Origin: the human T2T-CHM13v2.0 reference genome, Homo sapiens
Strand: one strand, 5' to 3'
DNA: 64,000 nt
Assembly: GCF_009914755.1 (NCBI RefSeq)
Contig: NC_060931.1
Notes under the pieces: generated by a model
Seen by the model: the letters and a program-made list of their open reading frames with translations, nothing else
What the model was told of the DNA's origin: nothing
The model's database searches: none
Shown here: positions 15,856-32,136 of the stretch, piece after piece
Layout of the letters: each line of letters starts with the position of its first letter
How positions within the stretch are numbered: the stretch's first letter is position 1
Position numbers and translations under genes: made by a program

Positions 15856-16737
15856 TCTTTTTTTTTAAAAAAAAAAAACAAACTTTTCTTTTAGGTTTAG
15901 GGGTACATAATGAAGGTTATATAAATAAACACATGTCATAGGGGTTTCTTTTGCATATTATTTCATTACTCAAGTACTAAGCCAAGTACACAATAGTTAT
16001 CTTTTCTGCTCCTCTCCCACTTCCCACCCTCCCCCTTCAAGTAGACATCAGTGTCTATTGTTTCCTTCTTTGTGTTCATAAGTTCTCATCATTTAGCTCC
16101 CACTTATAAGTGAGAATATGTGGTATTTGGTTTTCAGTCCCTGTGTTAGTTTGCTAAGGATAATAGTCTCCAGCTCCATCCATCATGTTCCCACAAAAGA
16201 CATGATCTTGTTCTTTTTTATGGCTGCATAGTATTCCATGGTGTATATTTATCACATTTTCTTTATCCAATCTACTGTTGATGGGCATTTAGGTTGATTC
16301 CATGTCTTTGCTATTGTGAATAGTGCTGCAATGAACATATGCATGTGTCTTTATGACAGAAACATTTATATTATTTTGGGTATTTATTCAAAAATAAGAT
16401 TACTGGGTCAAATAGTAATTCTGTTTTAAATTCTCTGAGGAATTTCCACACTGCTTTCCACAATGGCTGAACTAATTTACACTTCCTCAGCAGAGTATAA
16501 AGCATTCCCTTTTTTCTGTGACCCTGCCAGCATCTTTTATTTTTTGACCTTTTAATAATAGTCATTCCAACTGGTGTGAGATGGTATCTCACTGTGGTTT
16601 TGATTTGCATTTCTCTAATGATTAGTGGTGTTCAGCATTTTTTTAATATGCTTGTTGGCCACATGTATATCTTCTCTCGAAAAGTGTCAGTTCATGTCCT
16701 TTGTCTACTTTTTAACAAGGTTGTTTGTTTTTTGCTT
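15856..16737 (-). mobile_element. Old L1PA 3' end, copy B, continuing into ORF2 C-terminus
   Basis: Second T tail plus 3' UTR; ORF 16371-16610 ([14 protein letters not shown]...) is the L1 ORF2 C-terminus. Confidence 0.88.
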
Positions 16738-16750
16738 GGAATACAGCTAA

Positions 16751-18525
<1,775 letters not shown>

Positions 18526-18528
<3 letters not shown>

Positions 18529-19358
18529 GATCTCTACAATGACAATTGCAAAACATTGCTCAAAGAAATCAGAGATGACAGAAACAAATGGAAAAAGATT
18601 GCATGCTCATAAATAGGAAGAATCAATATTGTTAAAATGGCCATACTGTCCTAAGCAATTTAGAGATTCAATGCTATTCCTATTGGACTACCAATGATAT
18701 TCTTCACAGAATTAGAAAACACTATTTTAAAGTTCTTATGGAACCAAACAAATAGCCTGAATAGCCAAGGCATTCTTAAGCAAAATGAACAAAGCTGGAG
18801 ACATCGCCTGACTTGAAGCTATGCTACAAGGGTACAGTAACCAAAACAGCATGGTACTGGTACAAAAACAGACACATAGACCAAAGGAACAGAACAGAGA
18901 GCCCAGAAGTAATACCACACACCAATAATCATCTGATCTTCAGCAAAGCTGACAAAAACAAGCAATGGGGAAAAGACTCCCTATTTAATAAATGGTGCTG
19001 GGGTAGCTGGCTAGCCATATGTAGAAGATTGAAACTGGACCCCTTCCTTACACTACATGCAAACATCAACTCAAGATGGAGTATAGACTTAAATGTAAAA
19101 CCTAAAACTATAAAAATCCTGGGGATAACCTAAGAAATACCATTCTGGACACAGAATCCAGCAAAGATTTCATGACGAAGACACTAAAAGGAATTGCAAA
19201 AAAACCAAAAATTGATAAATGGGACCTAATTAAACTAAAGAGCTTCTGCAGAGCAAAAGAAACTGTCAAGAGAGTAAATAACCTACAGAAAGGGAGAAAA
19301 TATTTGCAAACTATGCATCTGACAAAGGTCTAATATACAGAGGCTATAAGGAACTTAA
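18526..19358 (+). mobile_element. Inverted 5' segment of the old L1PA (begins 16738-16752, split by the L1PA3)
   Basis: Diverged ORF2 (ORF 18813-19133, [14 protein letters not shown]...) ending 'ctataaggaacttaa', just 5' in L1 coordinates of where the minus-strand segment starts. Confidence 0.85.
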
Positions 19359-19381
19359 TTTTCTATTCGATTTGATCTATC

Positions 19382-19508
19382 AAATTTCATCAGTTCTAAC
19401 ATGGATATTTTCCTATATCTGCAATTATAATCAGTATATTTTTTCTTAGTATACATAAAATAATACACATCTTACAATCAATGGCATCGTAAATGTGATA
19501 AAATGCAA
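19382..19508. mobile_element. MER104/Kanga-like Tc2 DNA transposon MITE
   Basis: 'ttttttcttagtatacataaaataatacacatcttacaatcaatggcatc' matches remembered MER104. Confidence 0.55.
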
Positions 19509-20599
19509 TCATTTCACCAACTCGTTAACTCGAGAAAAGGGTTTGGGGGTGGAAGACCTCAGCTAGCATCTATTTTAGGAAGGACCAGAGGGGAAAAGAT
19601 TGCCAATGCCAATTTTATTGTCACCTTTGATCTGTAATGCATCTTTTTTTTTTCTGGAAAAATGTTTTAACATATTTAATTCAATTCAGAGTAAGTTATT
19701 GATTATAGAAGACTTACAGTATGAAAGACATCGTCCTTGACTCAGACAAGAAATACTGATGTCACAGTTTCAGAGTGTCTTTTTTAAGCACTGGTCTGCA
19801 AAATCAATAATTAATATAATAACAAAGACATCTAAAAACACAAAACATCTCACACATTAGTGGCACTAGCTCACAAGAGGTTATAACCTAAGTGGGAATA
19901 GCTATAGCTATACTATGACAACTGCCTACAATCACTTTGTGAGTTGCAGTGGAGTGAGAATTAAGAGCATTTCTCACTGAAAATGCATTATTAGCAAGTG
20001 TAATTTTACAGATGCATGAACTGTTCCCTTGTTAGGCTGACACTTAAAAATTTTAATAGAAAACTCCTGCAGAAAACCATGGTACCTGTATATGCTTATT
20101 ACAGCTTTTTTATTTTCATAGAGATGAAAAATCTTTTCAAACTGTTTTCTCATAATTTCTCTCTTTCAAAACTCTTTCCCCTAGGTTAAAAGAGTTGAGT
20201 CTCTTTTAGTCAATGCTGAGAAGTTATTTCCTTGTAATTTACTTCTATATTTCTTTGAAAGAAACGTAAAAGAAAGAACAATGAATACATAATTTCAATC
20301 TCAATATGAGTGCTATATAAAGGGGCCTGGGCAAATGGAAGGCAACTCCATTTAATATTTTCCTTAGGCAAAAGTGTAGAAAAGTTAAAAGTTCTGTCCG
20401 TCAGAATTTCACTTTTCTTGCCATTACTTTCCATTCTGTGCCATTATCTTCTCTTTCATATCACCTTTGCTTTCCCATGTAGTTACCTTCCTCCTATCTT
20501 CTCTTTATCCCAAATTTACATTCTCTTTATTCCAAATTTAAATTTTTTAAACATCAACTTATTTTATATAAGTCCTTCACTTACTAATTGGAAAGAAAG

Positions 20600-20790
20600 A
20601 TAAATAGTATTGAAGACTTGATTTCAAATTTTGAGTGCATTAATCCATAATTATGTAAATTTAGGACAATTAGAGATTTTAATTACTATTTCCATATCTG
20701 AAAAATACAGACAATCCAACCTGTCACACAGACCTATTGTAATATTTAAAAGACTCTTTAAAAATGTGAAATATCATATGAACATTAATA
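20600..20790 (+). mobile_element. MIR fragment
   Basis: 'gaagacttgatttcaaat...ttccatatctgaaaaatacagacaat...acctgtcacac'. Confidence 0.45.
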
Positions 20791-21812
20791 TTACAATTCT
20801 GATTATTGTTCCCATCCTTTGTGAAAAGTCAAAAACTTCTGGAAATACCTCAAACCCATACATAGAGTATACTGCCACTTGACTGTATAGGTATTACATG
20901 GAATATCAACCTAAATACACCCTGCTAAATTCACCAGGATTATCTAGGAAGGAAACCCAACTTTGAGCTATTAACACCCATTAACACAAATTTATAAATC
21001 AGATTAAGTAGCTATCTCCTGGCAGGAGACTGAAAGACTGGAGTAGTTTTAGTAAATTATTGAAGAGAATCTTTGTTCTGGGAATATGTAGAGTATGGAA
21101 CATGGCTGAGTAGGGAGACAAGGGGAATGGGGAGGATGAAGCTATCATGAGGCAGAAGCCAGTGTGCTGGGTTCTGAAAAATATACAAGAAGGGGCAGAA
21201 TTCTAGGGTTAATGATTAGGATGAGCAGTGGCTCCATTTAGAACTTCAAAAATCAGTGTAAGACTGGAATTCAGATTTCCCAAAGGTGAAAATATGAGTG
21301 TTGGAATGTTTACAATAATGATTTGTATGTTTCCATGAGTTAAAGTTTGAATAGAGTCACTTCAAAATATAATTGTGGCCTCTGAAAAACCTTGCCAGAG
21401 CCTTTGCTGTTAACTTTTCCCCTTCAGAGGGTTCCCTGATGCTACTCTTGTCCTACTCAAGCAACCTCAACTAGGAGATGTGGAAGATTTCCATTCTGGC
21501 CATATGGTAGCCCATATATCCTGAAATTCTCCTGATACCAGACTCTTAGACATAATACATAACTTATTATAAATGTTCTGTAACTAACATGCTAAGCTCA
21601 CAAGAAAATAAACTCTTCAGTGGTATAAAATTGAAGGAGCTGGAAAACAGGGCACCTGCACAGAGAATGTTCGCTTCTTTCCTTAACTAAGATGCCTTTC
21701 TTTTCAGATACATGTCAATCAAGAGTCAACATGTTGGGCCTCGATAAAGTAGAGTTAGGACTGAGGTTCTATATAAATTCACTGCTACGTCTTTAACAGA
21801 AGGGTAGACTTG

Positions 21813-22164
21813 TGTCTTAGTCTGTTTGGGTTACTCTAATAAAATACCATAAACTAGATAGCTTACAAACATCACAAATTTATTGCTCACAGTTCTGGAG
21901 GTGGAGAACTGCAAGATCAAGGTACCACGGATTTGGCATCTGGAACTCCAGATCCATTGCCTGGTTTATAGATGGTACCTTCTTACTGAGTGGTGGAAGA
22001 GGCAAGTGTCTCTCTCAGGCCTCTTTTATAAGGGCATTAATCCCATTCACGAGGGTTCATGATCTACTCACCTCCCAATGTCTCCTCCTCCTGATAATAT
22101 CACATTGATGATTAAGTTTCAACATACAAATTGGGAGTGGAGGCATAAACCTTCAGACCATAGC
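21813..22164 (-). mobile_element. MLT1A/MSTD-like MaLR solo LTR
   Basis: 'tgtcttagtctgtttggg...tttattgctcacagttctggagg...ttcagaccatagca'. Confidence 0.85.
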
Positions 22165-22513
22165 AACTAGGAAATAACTGGTCTGCCAGAAAAGGTTCGG
22201 AACAAGGAAACATCTCTCTATCAGCCTGGGCTTTCACAGAGGCAAAAACTAAAAAAGACACCTCAATTCCTTGTGGTTTTAATTAACACTGAAAGCGTCT
22301 TCAGGAAAATCTTATACCAAGGTAGCTAAGTATTCCAGGATTGGTTATACCTCAGGGCACTGGCAGAAGCACCTTAAAATCTCATGTCAAAGAACATGCT
22401 CAACCTAACCTTCTACATATTTCCACAGGAAAAAAAAAGACAACCACATATATAAAACACAGGATAAAGTGTCTATCATGAGTGAGAATAAAAGAAATAT
22501 TTAAAAATAGCAG

Positions 22514-23185
22514 TATTATCAAAAAGGCAAAAAATTAATAGATGCTGGTGAGGCTGAAGAGAAAAGGAACACATATACTGCTGGTGGGAATGGAAATTAG
22601 TTCAGCCATGGTGGAGAGCAGTTTAGCGATTTTTCAAAGAACTCAAAGCAGAATTACCATTTGACCCAGCAATCCCATTATTGGGTATATATCCAAAGAA
22701 ATAGAAATCATTCTACCATAAAGAACATGTACATGTATGTCCATCACAGCACTAGCCACAATAGCAAAGACACCGAATCAACTGAAATCCTCATCAACGG
22801 TAGACTGGATAAATAAAATGTGGTACATATACACCATGGAATATCACACAGCCATAAAAAGAACAAGATCATGCGTTTGCAGCAACATAGATGGAGCTGG
22901 TGGCCATTATCCTAAGTGAACTAACACAAAAACAGAAAACCAAATACTACATGTTCTCACTTATAAGTGGAAGTGAAATGTTGAGTTCACATAGACACAA
23001 AGAAGGGAACAACAGATGCCAATGTCTAGTTGAGGGTGCAGGGTAAGGACTGAAAAATTACCTATTGGATACTATGCTTATTACCTGGGTGCTAAAATAA
23101 TCTGTATATAAAACCCCTGTGACATGCAATATACCTATATAGCAAACCTGCACATGTACCTCTGAACCTAAAAGAAACATTAAAA
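22514..23185 (+). mobile_element. L1PA15/16-like 3' fragment
   Basis: ORF2 C-terminus and 3' UTR; TSD aaaatagcag at 22504-22513 and 23237-23246. Confidence 0.88.
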
Positions 23186-23294
23186 GTAATTGGAAACAGA
23201 AAATTTGAGACTCCTTCTCAAAAAATAAAAAAAAGGAAAATAGCAGAATTAGGTCAAAAAAGAGATGAAGAAACTAGAATGCTCAAATACCATA

Positions 23295-23450
23295 TTGTAT
23301 TCCACCAAATATAAGATACCATGTATTATAATAGGCCCCAATTTTTAAATATCTAAAAAAACTCCTATCAATTAAATTATGATTTTTAACAATCTAATAG
23401 ATTAAATAATTCATCTCAATTTCTGATATTTTAAAAATCTGCTTACATAT
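23295..23450. mobile_element. MER104/Kanga-like MITE
   Basis: TIR-like start 'tgtattccaccaaatataagatacca'. Confidence 0.4.
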
Positions 23451-24064
23451 TTAAAAAAGTAAATATATAATTAAAATACTGGCAACAAACAAGACGTGAT
23501 CTTAAATTTTTTGAGATAAAAAAGAGTGAAAAATAAAATCTATGAAATTCAAAACACAATCATTAAATGGCAGATTAGAAACAGCCAAAGACAGAAACAG
23601 TGAAAAGAAAGATGAAAACAAACAAACAAACAAACATAGAATGCACAAAGAATAAACAAGGAAAAGGGATGATGAGGCCTAATATGTTTACTAACAGTTC
23701 AAGGAGAAAAGAATAGAAAAAAATGGAGGGGAAGCAATCGAAGAAGATAAACGGCTAAGAATTTTCAGAATTGATGAACTATACCAATTATCAGAATGAA
23801 TAAAAAGCAACTAGAACAAAAGAAACGTTACATGCAAACATATTGTTGTAAAACTTTAGAATATCAAAGCAAAACTTAAGGTCTAGAAAACGTGACAGAT
23901 TATAAACAAATCAGAACTAATTTCATTGATTGTAGATTTTTTCAACAGAAACAACAGCAATCCATATGAATATGGCTGAAAGAAAACTAAAATAAATTTT
24001 TTAAGATATACATAGATAAAATGTTCAAGATGATGAATGAAGCAAAGGCATTTTTTGACAGAAG

Positions 24065-24500
24065 AGCAGACTCCTAGTCATTCTCTTCTTCCCTACTGAT
24101 GGAACCTCAGTTTTATTTGGAGTGACAATGTAGTTGGATTCAAAATTGCACACGTAGCCTTCCTTGAAGCTAGGGTGGCTATGTGATACAATTCTGGCCA
24201 CTGAGGCAAAAGATGAGACACAGGAAGGGTTTCTGAGAATGCCGGGAATCCCTGATGTCTCTGATTCCCGTTACAGATCCTTCCTGCTCCCTTCCCTTTC
24301 CTCTCTTCTGATGCCTACTGGGCACAATACAGCTGGAGTTGCAAAAGACATCTTAGATTTTCAGGCAAAGGCTGAGGAAATAATAGAAACCTTGCCCTGT
24401 AGGTACTTACCTCTGCACTTTGCTACATGAGGAAACCAACAAAAAGGCTTTTTTTTTAAAGCCACCATTTCAGTCCATTATAGTAACTTAATTCTATTTG
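24065..24500 (+). mobile_element. ERVL/MaLR-class LTR (LTR33/LTR16-like)
   Basis: 'ccttccttgaagctagggtggctatgtgatacaattctggccactgag'. Confidence 0.6.
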
Positions 24501-24980
24501 TTACAGACTGCAGAAGAAAACTTGATTATTAACAGAAATACGATTGTGTATAGAAAACCAAGTGAGTGTACAGTCACGTTTTCAGATATAATTAATGTTC
24601 ATCAATATGTTAACATTAAAATAGACAAAAATGAATTATATGTCTATATATCACCAACAGAAAATGTAATTTTTTAAAGTATAATTTATACTAGGACACA
24701 AAATATAGGGTTTATAGAAATAAACCTTATAAAAATGCATAGGATGTTTATAGAGAAAGTTATAAAATTATTGAAAGGAATTTAAAAGTTCTAAGTAAAT
24801 AGAAAGCTAAACTAAATTTGTGGATGGGAAGACTCAATTTCATGTAGAAATTTCCTTCCCCAATTTTTTGAGTCTTCCCAAATTAATCTAGACATTAAAT
24901 GTAATTGCAGCAAAAATTATAATAGAATTGTGTGAGAGAGGCACTTGTCAAGTTACTTCTAAAATTTATAAAGAAGAGCA

Positions 24981-25364
<384 letters not shown>

Positions 25365-26966
25365 TTATTATAAAGCTATGGTAATGAAGGCAGCGTGGCT
25401 CCAGCACAGGAACAGGTATGTAAGCCAATGGAACAAAACAGATCCAAGAAACATACCCATACATATGAACACCTGTGCTACACTGCAAATCACTGGAGAA
25501 AGGATTAATAAATGATGTTAGGGCAATTCATTATCTTTAAAAAACTAGATCCTTACATCATATACAAAAATCAACTTCAGGTGAAAGAAAAGACCTAAAC
25601 ACGAAACTTAAATGAGAGTATCTTTATGACCATGGGGAATAGAAAGATAACTTACACGAAAATGACTAAACTGATAAATTTTGACTGCATTTAACTCAAT
25701 AAACTCTGTTCATATAAAAACACCATAAACAAATTGAAAAGCCAAAGTACGGCCAGGAAAAAGAGGCTTCAGAACTTCTAAGAATTAACATCCCAATGGA
25801 AAAATAGGCAAAAGAAAGTAGCAATTCACAGAAGAAGAAACCAGCATGAATAATAACTACAAAAAGATGCTTATCCTTATCAGCAGAGACCACAAAAACA
25901 TATCATTTACACTCATCAGGCTGACAAAAATGATTAAGTTTGGTAATAGCAAGAATTGTTGACGATATGGAGCAGGGGAACTTAATATGTATTCCTGGGC
26001 TGAATACACATGGGTACAATCACTGTGTAGAGCAATATGGTGTATCTCACAAAGGTGAAGATGTGATTATCTATGACACAGCTATTTTACTGCCAACTGT
26101 ATATATCCTAGAGAAACTCTTGTACAAGACACAAGTCAAAGAATATTCATAGCATATTGCTATGAAATAAAAGACTGTAAACATAGGCAGCTTCAGTAAT
26201 ATTTGAAACGTTTCACTCCTGGGTGATCGGTACCTAGGTATCAGTCACACAATTTTTTTTTTTTAAACGTTAGAATGGCATGTGAAATATTGCGAACTGG
26301 TAACAGATAAATCCAACTACTTTTAGAACTTGTGGCATCATGTACTTAGAGTGGGTGGAGATAGGTAGAGATCAAGCCACGGGGCCGCACATGAGGACCT
26401 TGACAAGTTTCTTCACAAAAACTTGCTTACTCCCATTAACCCAAGAAGTGAGCTGCCCCTGACTAAGTGTCTGCATATTCTTTCTCTTTCTGCAAGCCCA
26501 CCTTCACCCTGTCCCTTTGTAGCCATGACTGACAAAATAACCCTGACCTCAGGGCTCTTTCACAGACAACAGCACTGAGGAAGGCAGGGACCCTCTCTGT
26601 GAATGAAATCTACCCACTTTTCTTCAAGTCAACATGATGTCACATTTATTTTTATTAACTTTTAATGAGGCAATATTACCTATCAGAAGACCCCATGAAT
26701 TAGCGCTTTTACAACAGGTAATTGATGAAACACTTTGTATTTCAACTTTATTGCTTTGCATATGCCATGAAGTTTTTTTTTTATTTTTATGAAGTTTAGA
26801 AAAAATAATTACTTCAAAAGTCAAAGTGATGTGTAACTATATAAATAAGTAATGGCATATTACATGCAGGCCGGATCAAAAGTTATCTCAGGAAGGTTAA
26901 GAGCCCTGCCCTCATCATGCTGAAGGCCCCCTTACCAGAGAAAGCCTTACACAGAATTAGGATGTG

Positions 26967-27355
26967 TGATACGATTTGACTCCAGGTCCCCACCCAAATT
27001 GCATGTTGAATTGTATGTAATTCCCAATTGTTGGTGGAGGAACCTGGTGGGAGGTGACGGAATCATGGGAGTGGGCTTCCCCCTTGCTGTTCTCGTGGTA
27101 GTGACTGACTTCTCATGAGATTTGATGGTTTAAAAGTCTGTGGCACGTCCCCCATCGCTCTCATTCTCTCTTGCTGCCATGTGAAGAAGGTGCCTGCTTC
27201 CCTTTCACCTCCCACCATGACTGTAAGTTTCCTGAGGCCTCCTGGTCATGCTTCCTGGTAAGCCTGCATAACTGTGAGTCAGTTAAACCTCTTTTCTTCA
27301 TAAATTACCCAGTCTCAGGTAGTTCTTTACAGCAATGTGAGCATGGACTAATACA
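26967..27355 (+). mobile_element. MSTA-like MaLR solo LTR
   Basis: tgatac...ctaataca termini with perfect 5-bp TSD atgtg. Confidence 0.9.
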
Positions 27356-28299
27356 ATGTGCATACTACTGTGGGAAGTATAGGATCAAAGGACATTCTAA
27401 AGATAACAGAAGAATCATGTCTAACATATGACTCTTTTTTATTACTATAAGATAAAGGAAGCTGGGGCACCTGCTCCTAGTGCCAACGGTCCTCTTTGCT
27501 CAGTGCTCCTTTGTCTTGCTGCCAGCCCTGAAAAGTGTGATCGCTCCTAGATCCAGCAGGAAGTTCATCACTGTCTAGATTGGGTGCCCTTGGAAATAAT
27601 GAGAACTAGAAAAAATAAAACAGTTGTTTGGGGCCAGAATGTTTTCAAAAAAGCTTCCAATGGGAGCTCAGGTCAATTTCAGCTAAACAGCTTCAAAGCC
27701 TGTCACATATTTCTGTGCACTGGAGGAGATGTGTTCTCACAGTCCTTTCAAATTCTGATGAGCTCTCTAAACATTTGTTTCAAAATATCTCTAGTTTTTC
27801 CTAATTGTTTCTGCAGTGGCTCATAGAAAGGTCTTTTTACAGGTCTTTTTGTTTCAAAATATTTATTTCTTGGAAAAAAATTTATTTTCTTGTGGGAATC
27901 TAAGTGCTTTACTTGTTAGAAAAGAACGATACAGTTCCATATTTTACTTGTACAGCTTTGCCGTATTGGTCAATTAGGAGATGATCCCTTTGACATTCAA
28001 TCACAACTCTTTGATTAAATTATTACTATCCTTAGAAAGGCTAGAGTTGATTCATTTCACAACGACTGATGGTTCCTTTTGGAATCAGCATTTATCTCAT
28101 GAACAGGACCCCCTTACTTTTTAATATTTTTAACTCAGATAGTTTTAGTACTAGTAGGACCTAATACAGTTCACAATTACTGGAAAACATTTTAAAATTT
28201 AATAAGAGCAGCAAATCTTATGTTAAAGATTTGACTACGAAAATAATTTGCTGCTTCTCTAGCAAAGTAAAGTAGGTTTTTCAAATATACAAAATCGTG

Positions 28300-28865
28300 A
28301 AGACGGTGGGGCAAAGAGTTCTTTGGTATGACATCAAAAATATGATCCATAAAAGAAAAAACATAGACTTAATTAACATTTGTTAATTTAGTTAATTAAA
28401 TTTCAGAAAATGAAAATATATGCTAAGGGCTAAAAAATTTTTGCAAGTCACACACCTGGGTAAAGGACTTGTATCTAAAATACATAAAGGACTCTTACAA
28501 CTCAATGTAAAAATAGCCAATTAAAATATGGGTAAAAGAGCTGAATAGACATTTCTCCAATGAAGATATATGAATGTTCCATAAGTACAAGAAAAGATGC
28601 TCGACATAATTAGTCATCAGAGAAATGCAAATCAAACCCCCATAAGATGCCACCTTCACATGCTCTAGGATAACTATAAGCCAGAAAACAGATAATAACA
28701 AGTGTTGAGAATGTGGGGAAACTGGAACACTCTTACACTGCACATAGAAATGTAAAATGGTTCAGGTACACTGGAAGGTAATCTGGCAGTTCCTCAATAG
28801 GTTAAACATAGAGTTATCATATGACCCAGCAATTCCTCCTAGGTATAGACCACAGAGACATTAAA
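28300..28865 (+). mobile_element. L1M ORF2 3' fragment
   Basis: 'gaatagacatttctccaatgaagatata...agaaatgcaaatcaaa...gacccagcaattcctcctaggtat'. Confidence 0.8.
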
Positions 28866-29099
28866 AAAAAAGAAAGAAAGCAAGAAAGAAAGAAACAGAG
28901 AAAAAAAGAAAAAAAAAAATCATTCCTTTATGAAAAGGTTCTACTTACTGAGGTTCCACTTGAGGCCTGTGGTTGTAACCTGCATACAAGGCTGTCCAAC
29001 AGGAATAAGGCCACACCAATCACCCTCCATTCCAGTGTCTACATGCAACCTGTGCTTTCCCTGAAGGAGACAAGAAATGATCATTAAGAAGGGGAAGAG

Positions 29100-29390
29100 A
29101 GAAGGAATGTTAATGTGCACTGAAGACCTGGGCAGGATGCGTCTACAACCCTCACACGGCTTATCATACTTAATCCTCACAAAAAAATGTTTGCAATATG
29201 TGCTGAATAATCCTAGGAACCTTCACCCGACTTAATCCTTACAATAATTTTACAAAGTATCTGATATCTTATTGTTAATTATGTTTCAACTATGAGAAAA
29301 TTGAAGCTTGCAGAGATTAACATAGGACCACACAGATAAGGGATTCCTACCTACACCTGCCAATTCCAGAGACCAAACTCACAGCAATAG
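29100..29390 (-). mobile_element. MIR fragments
   Basis: 'cttaatcctcacaa' and 'atgagaaaattgaagcttgcagagattaa'. Confidence 0.5.
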
Positions 29391-29487
29391 GACTGTGGGT
29401 TTGAAACCTATCCTAAATGAAAGGTACCACACAAAGAGAAACACACAAAGACAGCTGCTTCTCAGCAGCCATTACAATGTATTCTGC

Positions 29488-29818
<331 letters not shown>

Positions 29819-30063
29819 TAAAAAAGTTTTTATTTTCTTTTAGGTAAGAGCTGCCTTTATTCCTTTTGTATAGAATTCCTCCCCGCCCCAAGTTGATTTA
29901 TATTGAATAGCTTGCCACACAAATTTGAGATTTGTTTCTTCCTACCATTCTCCATTATATAAATAATTCTCTCTGAAGACAGATATACTAAACATAATAC
30001 AAATGACCATCCCTAGATGCCAAACATAGCACACTTTTAAAACAAGTGCTCAAAGAGGTATCA

Positions 30064-30800
<737 letters not shown>

Positions 30801-31985
30801 CTTGTCTCTTAATTGATGATTTTCTTTCCTCTGTCTGTGGCCGGCTTAATGATTTGGCAGTGCCTAGCTGAATACGTTAGCATGTTTGGTGCTCCTAGGT
30901 GACTTCTGTTAAGAATGGCGAAGGAAAGAAGGAAGTGTTTTTCAATTTGTGATATTAACTCCCTAAGAGAGTATTCTTCAACTTGTATCGTATAATGCAA
31001 AGGAAACAGCACATATACATGCTAAGTTTTATTCTCCCAGGGAGAGGAGGGCTGTTATAAAATCCAATGATTTAAATGACATAGTAGTAAGCATGCTATA
31101 TATTCATTGCCTTCCTCATTATTTTAAAGAATCAGCAGGCCTTAAAATTTTCAGTCTGGGAATAAACTCGTTTGTGGACTTGAGAAGTCACAGATAGGCC
31201 TTAGCCCACAATCAATTAACCATGTTTTCTCTTGTTCCAAAAAGGTGCTTAGCCATATGTGAATGGTCTTTGTGTTTATAAAAATGCAAATACAGTTTTT
31301 ATGGTTAAATGAGAGCAATATTTTCCTCCTGTATCTTCAAGTCTATATGACATCTTTTGAAAATGAACAACTGTATAAAGGAATTTTTGTTCATTCCCCA
31401 GATTTCTTAATTCATAATATGTGCTAGCCTATATGTGACTTGACACAGGCAGGCATACACGCTGACATTAAAGAACTTCCCTATGGATTTATGCCATTAC
31501 TGGAGACTAGAGGCACATGAACTCATCATTTACTTCCATCTTCTCCCATGAATCATTTCACAGGTTCCTGCTCTGGCCTCTTTTCCGAACTAAGATAACT
31601 CTTTGAAGTCAAAGCCAGCCCTATATAGTAAAGAAAGAACAAAAATCAATCACAGTCAGGTTGCTTTTCCAATTGTGGTTATTGCAACACATCTAACAAC
31701 CTTAATAATATGAAATTGTAATTTAGGGAAAGGTAACACAGATGTTGCTTGGTATGTGTGCTGGAAAGCATACCTACGATCATGTGAAAGACAAACAGCG
31801 TAACAGTATTAATTTCCCTAGACTGTCATGTCAGGGTAGAACAAAATACACACAAATATGAAGGGGTGAGAAATCGCTGTCCCTTTGTTTTGTATTATAA
31901 CTCCACTTTCCAAAGGACAATGACATAACTGAGAGAAAAGATTAAAGCTGACTCTAGATTTTGCCTTTGAAAAATACCAAACATT

Positions 31986-32136
31986 GACAGGGCATGGTGG
32001 CTCATGTCTGTAATCCCAGCAATTTAGGAGGCTGAGGTGGAAGGATCACTTGAACCTAGGAGTTGGAGACAAGCCCAGACAACATAGTGAAACCATGTCT
32101 CTACAAAAAAAAAAAAAAAAAAAAAAGAAAGAAAAA
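31986..32136 (+). mobile_element. FLAM / Alu left monomer
   Basis: Single left arm followed by poly(A). Confidence 0.85.

Noticed and set aside
20312-20326. TATA-like TATATAAAGGGG
   Set aside because: An isolated motif in AT-rich DNA with no other promoter evidence.
21708-21736. Two CATG-centred p53-like half sites
   Set aside because: Flanks mismatch RRRCWWGYYY and the spacer is long.
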